DNA of 64,000 nucleotides from an uncultured Flavobacteriaceae bacterium (GTDB lineage Bacteria > Bacteroidota > Bacteroidia > Flavobacteriales > Flavobacteriaceae): assembly GCA_964386915.1 (NCBI GenBank), contig CAYLUQ010000005.1:25572-89571 (forward strand), given 5' to 3'. Positions 39,488 through 48,582 of this stretch are shown here, piece after piece. The notes under the pieces were generated by a model. It was not told the DNA's origin, ran no database searches, and saw only the letters and a program-made list of their open reading frames with translations. The position numbers and the translations under genes are program-made. Position 1 is the stretch's first letter. Each line of letters begins with the position of its first letter.

Positions 39488-40849
39488 ATGGACAAGACTA
39501 GACGAAACTTTATTAAAAAAACATCAATTGCCACAGGGGGTCTAACCTTCGGTATGGCTAGTGGCCTCAGCGCGAAAAGCTATAGAAAAGTGCTAGGTGC
39601 CAACGACCGCGTTCGCGTGGGTATTGTGGGCTTTTCCAACCGAGCCAAGGGAGCCCTTATACCCGCTTTTGTTGGCAACCAAAAAAATATGAACTTCGAA
39701 ATTGTGGGGGTTTCAGACATTTGGAACCGCAGACGTGATGAAGGAGCAGCCTATATTCAAGAAAAAGCAGGCAACAAGGTTACCACCTGGCGCAACAACG
39801 AAGAAATGTATGACAAAAACGAAATTGATGCCGTTATTATTTCAACGGCTGATTTTCAACATGCCTTACACACCGTTCAAGCTGCCAATGCTAAAAAAGA
39901 TGCTTATGTAGAAAAGCCTTTTGCGGAAACGATGGAAGATGCCAGACTGGGTAGAAAAGCCGTTGAGGAATCGGGAATTGTTTTCCAAATTGGATCGCAA
40001 AGAAGAAGTGGTGCCAACTACCATGCCGCCAACAAGTTTATTAAAGACGGAAAATTTGGAGACATTGTGATGGTGGAAATGAGCTGGAACGTGAACCAAC
40101 CCGGGCGATGGAGATTGCCTCAACTCACCAAAGAAATTAAAGAGTCTGATACGGATTGGAAACGCTATTTGATGAATCGTCCTTATGAAGCATGGGACCC
40201 TAGAAAATATTTAGAATATCGTCTTTTTTGGCCCTACTCCTCAGGTATTCCAGGACAGTGGATGTCGCACCAAATTGACACGGTGCATTGGTTCTCTGGC
40301 CTAGACCACCCAAGAAGTGTAGCCGCTAACGGAGGTATTTATTTATGGAAAGACGGACGAAAAAACTTTGACACTATGACCGCCGTTTTTGATTATGGTG
40401 AAGCGAATGATCCTGAAAATGGTTTCCAAGTAGTTTATTCTTCTCGCTTTACGAACTCTGCTGGAGGAACTAAAGAGATTTATTATTCAAATGGTGGAGA
40501 GCTTAATTTGCAAAACAATAAAGTCTCCTCCAATGGAGGGCTCTCAAGAGGTCAAGCACGCCGCATGGGTATGGAATCTAATTTGCTAGAAGACTACAAC
40601 CTCACGGATGCTGCCGTGAAAGTGGTTACTTCTGCCAATACAGGTGCCGATAACATGACTTCCATGCACATGCTCAATTGGATGGAATGTGTGCGTAGCA
40701 GACAGAAAACCAATGGTCCTATAGAAGCTGGATACAACCATTCTATTGCCAACATTATGACCACAGCTGCCTTGAGAACAGGACTTAAAGCAACCTTTGA
40801 CGAAGCGACTCAAGACGTATTGGCGGGTGGTAAAGTATTTAAATATTAA
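39488..40849 (+). CDS. Gfo/Idh/MocA family oxidoreductase, Tat-exported
   Basis: Leader KTRRNFIKKTSIATGG, Rossmann VGIVGFSNRAKG, AYVEKP motif. ATG at 39488 is preferred over the TTG at 39476. Confidence 0.88.
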   Translation: MDKTRRNFIKKTSIATGGLTFGMASGLSAKSYRKVLGANDRVRVGIVGFSNRAKGALIPAFVGNQKNMNFEIVGVSDIWNRRRDEGAAYIQEKAGNKVTTWRNNEEMYDKNEIDAVIISTADFQHALHTVQAANAKKDAYVEKPFAETMEDARLGRKAVEESGIVFQIGSQRRSGANYHAANKFIKDGKFGDIVMVEMSWNVNQPGRWRLPQLTKEIKESDTDWKRYLMNRPYEAWDPRKYLEYRLFWPYSSGIPGQWMSHQIDTVHWFSGLDHPRSVAANGGIYLWKDGRKNFDTMTAVFDYGEANDPENGFQVVYSSRFTNSAGGTKEIYYSNGGELNLQNNKVSSNGGLSRGQARRMGMESNLLEDYNLTDAAVKVVTSANTGADNMTSMHMLNWMECVRSRQKTNGPIEAGYNHSIANIMTTAALRTGLKATFDEATQDVLAGGKVFKY

Positions 40850-40859
40850 TTTATACGCT

Positions 40860-41915
40860 ATGCATTTAAAACCTTTTACACTATTGATGCTCATACTCAC
40901 AGTTAGTTTAGGATGCAATCAATCCAATGCTAAAAAACAGGAAGAAAAATCAGATCAAAAAGCGCCTTCATCGGTTCGCTTAGTTCAAGATGAAGCCAAC
41001 CTCAAAGTAGATGTCTTTTTTGGTTCTGAACTGTTTACTAGTTATCGTTATACCGATGCTTATTACAAACCTGTTTTGTATCCACTCATAACGGCTAGTG
41101 GAAAATCTCTAACACGTGGTTATCCTATAGATCCTATGCCAGGTGAACGAGTAGATCATCCGCATCACGTGGGACATTGGCTCAACTATGGGGATGTTAA
41201 TGGACTTGACTTTTGGAACCATTCAGATGCCATACCCGCGGATAAAAAAGAGGGCTATGGTACCGTTTTTCACAAATCGGTGCGTCTAGACGAAGCTAAT
41301 GCTACACTTGCTGTAGTAGCAGAATGGAAAGCGCCCGATGGCACTGTGCTCATTGAGGAGCACACAGCGTTCACGTTTTCTGAAGAGGGAAACAATAGGA
41401 TTATAGATAGAACCACTACCCTACATGCTAAAACAGAGGTTGCCCTAACCGACAACAAAGAAGGATTTGTTGCGGTACGCGTTACACGTGCCTTGGAACA
41501 TCCCAGTAAAAAACCTGAAATTTTTACCGATGCTAATGGCATTCCGAGTGAAGTTAAAGTGTTGAATAATGAAGGGGTGACTGGCAACTATTTAAGCTCT
41601 GAGGGAATCACCGGAGACGCTGTTTGGGGAACCCGTGCTGAATGGGTAGCCCTCAACGGAACCATTGCTGATGAAGCCGTGGCTATCACCATCTATGATC
41701 ATCCCGATAATTTGGGCTATCCTACCTATTGGCATGCCAGAGGCTATGGCCTCTTTGCTGCTAATCCCTTAGGGCAAAAAATATTTTCTAAGGGTGCAGA
41801 AGAATTAAATGCTTCTATTGCTACTGGTAAGGCCCTAACCTTTAAATATAGAATAGTGGTCAGCAACGGTGCTGCTGTTGATGCAGCAGCTGCGGCTCAA
41901 TTCAAAAACTTTTAG
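40860..41915 (+). CDS. DUF6807 / PmoA-family lipoprotein
   Basis: Lipobox TVSLGC from ATG 40860. Signature RVDHPHHVGHWLNYGDVNGLDFWN. Confidence 0.82.
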   Translation: MHLKPFTLLMLILTVSLGCNQSNAKKQEEKSDQKAPSSVRLVQDEANLKVDVFFGSELFTSYRYTDAYYKPVLYPLITASGKSLTRGYPIDPMPGERVDHPHHVGHWLNYGDVNGLDFWNHSDAIPADKKEGYGTVFHKSVRLDEANATLAVVAEWKAPDGTVLIEEHTAFTFSEEGNNRIIDRTTTLHAKTEVALTDNKEGFVAVRVTRALEHPSKKPEIFTDANGIPSEVKVLNNEGVTGNYLSSEGITGDAVWGTRAEWVALNGTIADEAVAITIYDHPDNLGYPTYWHARGYGLFAANPLGQKIFSKGAEELNASIATGKALTFKYRIVVSNGAAVDAAAAAQFKNF

Positions 41916-41917
41916 TT

Positions 41918-42532
41918 ATGAAAATTAAATCCTTTATAGTGGTTCTTGGCCTGTGCTTAGGCTTGGGACTTTCTGCTCAAGAAAAATTTAAAAAGAAAGA
42001 CCTTTTTTTTAATGGTAAAAATTTTGAAAACTGGGCTGAACCCGAAAATAATATTTGGTGGTCTATTACCGAAGAGGGACATTTAGTAGCAAAGAGTGAT
42101 CCTGACAAAAAGGGATCTACGCTTTGGAGTCAAGAAGCGTTTGAAGACTTTGCTATTCGACTTGAATTTAAAATGGGCGAAGGGACCGTTGATTCTGGAA
42201 TTTTTATGCGGGGAGAAAATCCTCAAAATCCGCAAATTCAGATCGGAATTTCTGGTTCACTAAAAAGAGATATGACAGGCTCTCCCTATGTGCCCAAACA
42301 AGGCTATCCAGTAGATGCGCTAAAAGATCACCCCAATGTGCTGAAAGACGGAGCTTGGAATACGTTAGAAGCCAAGGCGGTGGGCAATAACTATCAAGTT
42401 TGGCTCAACAACGTTAAAGTATTAGATTATCAGTTAGAGAATGCTAATTTAAAAGGGCCTACAGGGCTTCAATTGCATCCCGGTAGGGATATGGATATAG
42501 CGTTTAAAAACATCTATTTAAAGCGTTTATAA
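41918..42532 (+). CDS. DUF1080 (3-keto-disaccharide hydrolase family) protein, exported
   Basis: Signal peptide, then FNGKNFENW, DSGIFMRG and the C-terminal IAFKNIYLK. Confidence 0.85.
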   Translation: MKIKSFIVVLGLCLGLGLSAQEKFKKKDLFFNGKNFENWAEPENNIWWSITEEGHLVAKSDPDKKGSTLWSQEAFEDFAIRLEFKMGEGTVDSGIFMRGENPQNPQIQIGISGSLKRDMTGSPYVPKQGYPVDALKDHPNVLKDGAWNTLEAKAVGNNYQVWLNNVKVLDYQLENANLKGPTGLQLHPGRDMDIAFKNIYLKRL

Positions 42533-42538
42533 GATCTC

Positions 42539-42560
42539 GTTTAAAGGAGGTTTAAAGGAG
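42539..42560 (+). repeat. tandem direct repeat (GTTTAAAGGAG)x2
   Basis: Two perfect adjacent 11-nt copies, 24 nt upstream of the LacI-family gene ATG. Confidence 0.7.
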
Positions 42561-42583
42561 GGCTGTTAGAAGAAATACCCAAA

Positions 42584-43633
42584 ATGAACAAAGAAATTGG
42601 TATCAAGGAGATTGCAGAATTGGCTGGAGTCTCCATTGGTACCGTTGATCGGGTGATTCATGGCAGACCTGGGGTCTCCGAAAAAACAGCAGCTTTAATC
42701 CATACTGTAATTAAAAAGACGGGCTATAAAAAAAACAATGCCGCAAGTCGTTTAAAATTAGCCCGCAGTAAAACCATTCGCATTGCGGTCATACTTCCCT
42801 TTGAATCTAAAGTGCAAGACAATTATTGGAATCTCCCCTTCTCTGGCATTCACAGGGCTGTTGAGGAGCTAAAAGATTATGGGATTACCTATACGCTTTT
42901 AACCTTTAAGATGTCTGAAGAAAAAACCTTTTTGGAACAGACACGCTTTCTTTTTGAAAATAATTATGATGCCCTCATAACCGTTCCATATTTTTATTCA
43001 CACTGTCAGGAACTCCTAAAAAAAGCTGCTGAACGCAAAATGAAAGTGGTTTTTATTGATACGTTTCAAGAATTTGGAGAACCGCATTATGCCATTCATC
43101 AAGATTCACTAAAAAGTGGCGCTGTAGCTGCGCGACTTTTAAACGGGGTGGTTGGCGATCAAGGCAACTATCTTGTGGTTAACATCATGAATAATGTCTA
43201 TACGCCTCAAAACAACCTTGAAAAAAGAGAAGCCGGTTTTCGTTCTTTTTTTGATACCCGAGCTGTTGCCAATAGCAACATCCATAATGTTGCTTCTACT
43301 GCTAAAAATCTAATTAAGGTGCGTCACAAATTAATTCAAATTTTGGAGATGAGTGAAAAGGTAGGCATCTTTGTGACCAATTCCAGAGCCTATTTATTAC
43401 CCGAAATTTTAAAGGAAATTGACACTAATCGTGTTACCATTATTGGGTATGATTTAAACGAAAAAAACAAGACGTTACTGGAAGAAGAAAAAATTCATTT
43501 CTTACTTAATCAACAGCCTGAATGGCAAGGCTACAATGCTGCTAAAGGGATTTTTAAAGTACTTACTGAAGGCGATAGCAGTGCCTTGGAATTGGAAATT
43601 CCTATCGAAATATTCGTAAAAGAAAATCTTTAA
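42584..43633 (+). CDS. LacI family transcriptional regulator
   Basis: N-terminal HTH IKEIAELAGVSIGTVDRVIHGRPGVSEKT, followed by a periplasmic-binding-protein-like body; 349 aa. Confidence 0.92.
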   Translation: MNKEIGIKEIAELAGVSIGTVDRVIHGRPGVSEKTAALIHTVIKKTGYKKNNAASRLKLARSKTIRIAVILPFESKVQDNYWNLPFSGIHRAVEELKDYGITYTLLTFKMSEEKTFLEQTRFLFENNYDALITVPYFYSHCQELLKKAAERKMKVVFIDTFQEFGEPHYAIHQDSLKSGAVAARLLNGVVGDQGNYLVVNIMNNVYTPQNNLEKREAGFRSFFDTRAVANSNIHNVASTAKNLIKVRHKLIQILEMSEKVGIFVTNSRAYLLPEILKEIDTNRVTIIGYDLNEKNKTLLEEEKIHFLLNQQPEWQGYNAAKGIFKVLTEGDSSALELEIPIEIFVKENL

Positions 43634-43650
43634 TATTTTTTTGTTTTGTC

Positions 43651-43682
43651 CCAAAAAAAAGACCGCCCGAAGGCGGTCTTTT
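43651..43682. terminator. bidirectional rho-independent terminator
   Basis: An A8 run, then stem GACCGCC, loop CGAA, stem GGCGGTC, then TTTT. Lies between the convergent LacI and susD 3' ends. Confidence 0.8.
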
Positions 43683-43708
43683 CAGAATGAAAAATGTGCT
43701 ATATAGGT

Positions 43709-45337
43709 TTATTGAGTATAGCCAGGATTCTGTCCGTATCCTCCTTCAGTTCTATCAATTTGATCTAAAGGAATGGGTCGTAAAACGTGGTGTGCTTGAA
43801 TATTCTGAGTAGCATCAATATTGTGTGCTTTCACTAATTCAACCAATTTACCATTTCGTACGAGATCGAACCAACGGTGTCCTTCACCCACCAATTCACG
43901 AGCACGTTCTTCTAAAATGAAGTCAATGTCTACATCGGCGGCTGTAATTTCCATAGCATCTTCTTGACCTTCCCACGCTCCTCTTCTTCTAATAATATTG
44001 AGGTCATCGGCGGCGGCCTGGTTATTTCCTAACTTGTGATTAGCTTCTGCACGAATTAAATAGGCATCGGCTAAACGCATTAAGATATAATCACGTTGTC
44101 CTTGTGTATGCTGACGGTTTGGTCTTGTATTATCAATCCATTTATTCAAAGAGGGAAAAATACGTTGGTTGTATTGATCTGTGGTATAAACTTGATAAAT
44201 AACAGCATCTTTAGCTGCTTGCGTCCATTTTCCGTCTTGATCAACACCATTTTTGTCAACGCCAGGACCAGGAATATAAAGTGCTGTATCACCAACGCTT
44301 TGTCCAGCAACAGGGTTGTTGGCATACCAAACGTGCTTATATCCTTTGTCATAACGTGCATCTTTGGTTCTATCCCAAAGACTCAAAAGGTGATTGGTAG
44401 GACGAAAACGTTTCCAAGGACGCCCGTTTTCAGTATCACGAGTCATTCCAGGTTGCTTGTCATATTCAAACAAGAAATAGAGGTGACCACGGTGTCCATA
44501 ACCATCTAAGCCTTCATCAACTTGTTGCTTGGAGTTTATAATAGTCCAAACAACTTCAGAATTTTCTTCATTGTTAATATCCCAAAGATCAGACCATTCA
44601 TCCAATAATGAGAAACCGTAATTATTGATTACGCTTGTCATTAAAGAAACGGCTTCAGCAGCACTTCCTTGCGGAGCGGTTAGGTGAACCTTAGCAAATA
44701 GAAACTCTGCAGCAGGCTTAGTTACGCGACCATAATCCGACTGAGTAGTAGGAAGATTGCTAATAGCAAACTGTAAATCTGGAATAATAGCTTGGCTATA
44801 TACTTCAGAAGCTGAAACTCTGTTAGCTTCTGTTTCCACTCCTTCTGTTTCCTCTAGCGAAAGGTGAATATCGCCATAGTAACGCACAAGGTTAAAATAG
44901 TATAGAGCTCTTAGAAAACGAACTTCGGCCAAACGTGCATTTTTAACCGCAGGATCCATTCCTTCAATAGATTCTGCTCGGTTAAGAACTGCATTAGCTT
45001 GGTTAATTCCACGATAGAAAATTCTCCATGTGTCTCTAAAATAAGCTGCAGAAGAGTTATGTTGGTTGTTATACCAGTTTAGGTATTTGTGACTACCATC
45101 TGCACCATTGGTATAGGTATCTGTTCCAAATACATTCATGGAGAAACCTAATTCTGTACCATAAAATTCTTTCATGATACCATAAGTAGCTTTAACAGCA
45201 TCTTCCAGTCCTTGAGCGGTGGTATAATAAGATGCTGCAGAAACATCTGCGATGTTATTTTCATTGAGGTAATCCTCACAAGAAACAATTGAAACTGCTC
45301 CTAGAATGAATAAGCTTTTAAAAATAAATTTTTTCAT
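43709..45337 (-). CDS. susD: RagB/SusD family nutrient-uptake outer-membrane lipoprotein
   Basis: Lipobox VSIVSCED, TPR-like body, and position immediately downstream of susC. ATG at 45337; alternative ATG at 45349. Confidence 0.9.
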   Translation of the reverse strand: MKKFIFKSLFILGAVSIVSCEDYLNENNIADVSAASYYTTAQGLEDAVKATYGIMKEFYGTELGFSMNVFGTDTYTNGADGSHKYLNWYNNQHNSSAAYFRDTWRIFYRGINQANAVLNRAESIEGMDPAVKNARLAEVRFLRALYYFNLVRYYGDIHLSLEETEGVETEANRVSASEVYSQAIIPDLQFAISNLPTTQSDYGRVTKPAAEFLFAKVHLTAPQGSAAEAVSLMTSVINNYGFSLLDEWSDLWDINNEENSEVVWTIINSKQQVDEGLDGYGHRGHLYFLFEYDKQPGMTRDTENGRPWKRFRPTNHLLSLWDRTKDARYDKGYKHVWYANNPVAGQSVGDTALYIPGPGVDKNGVDQDGKWTQAAKDAVIYQVYTTDQYNQRIFPSLNKWIDNTRPNRQHTQGQRDYILMRLADAYLIRAEANHKLGNNQAAADDLNIIRRRGAWEGQEDAMEITAADVDIDFILEERARELVGEGHRWFDLVRNGKLVELVKAHNIDATQNIQAHHVLRPIPLDQIDRTEGGYGQNPGYTQ

Positions 45338-45362
45338 TTCTTTTATCATTTATTGATTCAAA

Positions 45363-48300
45363 TTAAAATCCAGCTTTGATTCCAAAGGCTAGCAATTTTG
45401 AGCTAGGGGTTGTCCCACCGCCAATATTTGCTTCACCAATTTCTGGATCAAATGTATCATAGTCAGAACTAAACCAAAGGTTTTGTCCTTGCACATAGGC
45501 TCTTAGGCTTGATAAGCCCATTTTTGAAGCCACATCATTGTCAAAGTTATATCCTAAAGTAACGTTACGCAATTTTAAGTAGCTACCATCAAAATAAGTT
45601 AGCGTTGAACCATTTTCAGGTCTTTCTTGCGTAAAGTTTGGACGAGGATAATCATTTGTTGGATTGTTGGGTGTCCAATAGTCAACATCCAAGTGGTTGT
45701 ATCTAAACTGACCATTTGCATTTCCAACGTGGAAATCACTTCTAATCATATGACCTTGACGGAAATATAAGAAGGCGCTTAAATCAAAGTTACCAAACGT
45801 AAAGGTGTTTGTGATACCACCAAAATAATCTGGCACATCAGAACCAAGAACGCTTCTATCATTAGGCGTGATTTTGCCATCACCGTCTAAATCGGCCAAT
45901 TTGATTTGTCCAGGATCAGTTCCTTGAACAGCAGCAGCTTGAGCCGCTTCGTTTAATTGCCAAATTCCTGCTTTTGTATAGTCAAAGAAAACTCGGATAG
46001 GTTGTCCAATAAACCAGCCGTTTCCAGCGTCGTCAAGAGGATTACCATTAGCGTCTTTTAAGGCTAATTCAACAATTTCTTCGTTATATCCAGAAATGTT
46101 AAAGTCTACATTCCAAGAGAAGTTATCTGTTTCTACAACAGCAGCATTAACATTAAATTCAATACCATTTGTTCTAGTAGCTCCAATGTTTTGGAAAACG
46201 CTCGTATATCCTGAAGTATAAGGTAAGTTACGGGCCAAAAGAAGATCAGTTGTGTTGGTGATATAGTAATCAAAAGCACCAGAAATTCTTCCGTCCAAAA
46301 TACTGTAGTCAAAACCAAAGTCTAAGGTTTTAGAAATTTCCCAACCTAATTCAGGATTTGGAATATCATTTAAACGATATCCAAATGCGGGAGTTTCATC
46401 CCATGCATAGGTAGTTCTAGCCAAAGCCCCTTGTGTTTGATAAGGAGCAATTGCAGTGTTACCTACCTCTCCGTAAGATACTCTCAATTTAAATTCTTCG
46501 AAAGTGGCGCTATCAGGTGCAATGTCTTCTAACATTCTCCATCCAGCAGAAACCCCTGGGAAATAAGCCCATTTGTTTCCTTCAGCCAAACGAGATGAAC
46601 CATCCGCACGAAGGGAAGCTTGGAATAAGTATTTACCATCAATATCATAGTTCAAACGACCCATGTATGATTGTAGTTGCCATTCTTGAAGTCCAGAAGA
46701 TAAATTTCCTTTTACTTCAGCAGTACCAATGTTGTAGAACAACTGAGATGAATAAGGCAAATTCTGTACTTCAGCTTTTGCAAATTCTACTCTAGACTCC
46801 TGAACAGATTGTAATAAGGTAACTTTTAAATTACCTGGGCCAATCTCTTTGTTATAGGTAAGTAAGTTTTCTAAAGTAAAACCAAATTCTCTTTTGTGTT
46901 CTACTTCAGCGTCAGCGGGTCCACCGCGGTTGTCATTGGTAAAACGATCGCGGAATTCACCACGTCTTCTAAAGCGCATGTCTGGACCAAAAGTAGACGT
47001 GAACTGAAGTCCCTCCATTAAGCTAATTTGCAAGTAAACAGGTGCAAACAAACGAGTTGATAAGCGCTCATCTACATAGGCACCAGGAACTAATTCACTC
47101 AAAGGGTTGGTTCTAATACCGTCATTAAAAGCGAAAAAGCGAAGCTCTCCATTTTCATCATAAGGCTTAGCTAAAGGAATGTTCCCTAAAGCTTCTCCCA
47201 TAACAGCTGAAGACCCCCAGTTGTTTACTGAGTTACTTAATAAAAGAGAAATACCAAATTTAAAACGATCATTAATTCTATGATCTAAATTTAAACGACC
47301 TGTGATTCTTTCAAAATCCATCAAGTCAATAATACCATCTTCCTTAAAGTAGCCTAAAGACACGTTATATTGTGTGTCTTCTGAACCACCATTAGCAGAA
47401 ATTTGGTGACTATTTTGGAATCCTTGTTTTAAAACAGCGTCTAAAAAGTCAAAAGAACGGCCTTGTGCAATTGCTTCCAATTGAATTGGATCACCATCAA
47501 AAGTGATTTGATCGTTCTGAATCGTACCAGCATAGGTATATCTGTTGTTTGCATCTTGACGGACAGCCTCTCTTCGTCCATTGGCCCACTCCTCACCGTT
47601 CATCATATCTGGAACGTTAGTAACGGAGGTAACACCATAATAACCTGAATAGTTAATTTGAGTTTTTCCTGTACGACCTCTTTTAGTTGTGATTAAGATT
47701 ACACCGTTCGCACCACGAGAACCGTAGATGGCAGTTGCGGCAGCATCTTTCAATATTTCCATAGACTTGATGTCTTGTGGGTTAATATCGAAGATAGCAC
47801 CGTCACCTGTACTACTGGTTTGTGGGATACCGTCTATAACATATAGAGGATCGTTAGAAGCCGAAAGAGATCGACGACCACGAACACGTACCACAGGATT
47901 TTGACCAGGACGACCACCACTTGAAGTGATATCAACCCCAGCAACCTGACCTTTGATGGCGTCTACACCACTACCAGTTGCAATTCTCTCAATGTTTTCT
48001 GCGTTTACGGTGGCAATAGAAGCGGTAACTTCTCTTCTACTTTGCGTACCGTATCCTGTTACTACAATTTCATCTAAGTAATTGGCAGCAGGTAGTAACG
48101 CTACATTGAGTTGATCTCCACTCACTGAAATAGCTTGTGATTCAAACCCTAAATAGGAAAATACCAATACTTGGCCATTTGCGGCACTGATCGAATAATT
48201 TCCATCAAAGTCTGTGGAAACTCCTGTGGTTGTGCCTTGAATAAGAACATTCACCCCGGGAAGCGGAGTGCCTGTTTCCCCATCAGTAACAACACCACTC

Positions 48301-48377
48301 ACTGTACCTTGCCCATAGAGCAGTGCTGCTCCCAAGAAAAGACACAAGTGAAAAGTCTTTAAGAATAAATTTTTCAT
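45363..48377 (-). CDS. susC: SusC/RagA family TonB-dependent receptor
   Basis: 1004 aa. Carboxypeptidase-regulatory-like N-domain (GVVTD..G.PLPGVNVLIQGTTTGVSTDFDGNYSI), TonB-box region DEIVVTGYG, plug and barrel, C-terminal F. Confidence 0.93.
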   Translation of the reverse strand: MKNLFLKTFHLCLFLGAALLYGQGTVSGVVTDGETGTPLPGVNVLIQGTTTGVSTDFDGNYSISAANGQVLVFSYLGFESQAISVSGDQLNVALLPAANYLDEIVVTGYGTQSRREVTASIATVNAENIERIATGSGVDAIKGQVAGVDITSSGGRPGQNPVVRVRGRRSLSASNDPLYVIDGIPQTSSTGDGAIFDINPQDIKSMEILKDAAATAIYGSRGANGVILITTKRGRTGKTQINYSGYYGVTSVTNVPDMMNGEEWANGRREAVRQDANNRYTYAGTIQNDQITFDGDPIQLEAIAQGRSFDFLDAVLKQGFQNSHQISANGGSEDTQYNVSLGYFKEDGIIDLMDFERITGRLNLDHRINDRFKFGISLLLSNSVNNWGSSAVMGEALGNIPLAKPYDENGELRFFAFNDGIRTNPLSELVPGAYVDERLSTRLFAPVYLQISLMEGLQFTSTFGPDMRFRRRGEFRDRFTNDNRGGPADAEVEHKREFGFTLENLLTYNKEIGPGNLKVTLLQSVQESRVEFAKAEVQNLPYSSQLFYNIGTAEVKGNLSSGLQEWQLQSYMGRLNYDIDGKYLFQASLRADGSSRLAEGNKWAYFPGVSAGWRMLEDIAPDSATFEEFKLRVSYGEVGNTAIAPYQTQGALARTTYAWDETPAFGYRLNDIPNPELGWEISKTLDFGFDYSILDGRISGAFDYYITNTTDLLLARNLPYTSGYTSVFQNIGATRTNGIEFNVNAAVVETDNFSWNVDFNISGYNEEIVELALKDANGNPLDDAGNGWFIGQPIRVFFDYTKAGIWQLNEAAQAAAVQGTDPGQIKLADLDGDGKITPNDRSVLGSDVPDYFGGITNTFTFGNFDLSAFLYFRQGHMIRSDFHVGNANGQFRYNHLDVDYWTPNNPTNDYPRPNFTQERPENGSTLTYFDGSYLKLRNVTLGYNFDNDVASKMGLSSLRAYVQGQNLWFSSDYDTFDPEIGEANIGGGTTPSSKLLAFGIKAGF

Positions 48378-48409
48378 TTGTTTGTTAGTTTAAGTTTATT
48401 TTAATTATT

Positions 48410-48427
48410 TTCGTTAACGTTCACGAA
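48410..48427. promoter_or_regulatory. candidate LacI-family operator TTCGTTAACGTTCACGAA
   Basis: 17/18 identical to the perfect palindrome at 38033. Lies 32 nt upstream of the susC ATG in the 205-bp susC/uxaC divergent region. Confidence 0.55.
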
Positions 48428-48582
48428 TTAATAAAATTAGTTATTGAGCCTAAAATTATATTAATTATTTAGAAAACAAAAAAAAATGTTAAAATTTCGG
48501 TGAAATAAATTTTAAAACGGTTCAAAACTAGATTTACTAAACCTATTATATAGCATTAAAAAAATTAGACTTAAAAGTTTTA

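Noticed and set aside
40860-41915. The 'PmoA' family name suggests a methane/ammonia monooxygenase subunit.
   Set aside because: The protein is a soluble-looking lipoprotein with no multi-TM core, and there are no pmoB/pmoC genes. The context is sugar metabolism, so the historical family name is misleading.
44096-44509. 137-aa ORF antisense to susD.
   Set aside because: It is embedded in the susD coding region with no signal or domain features.
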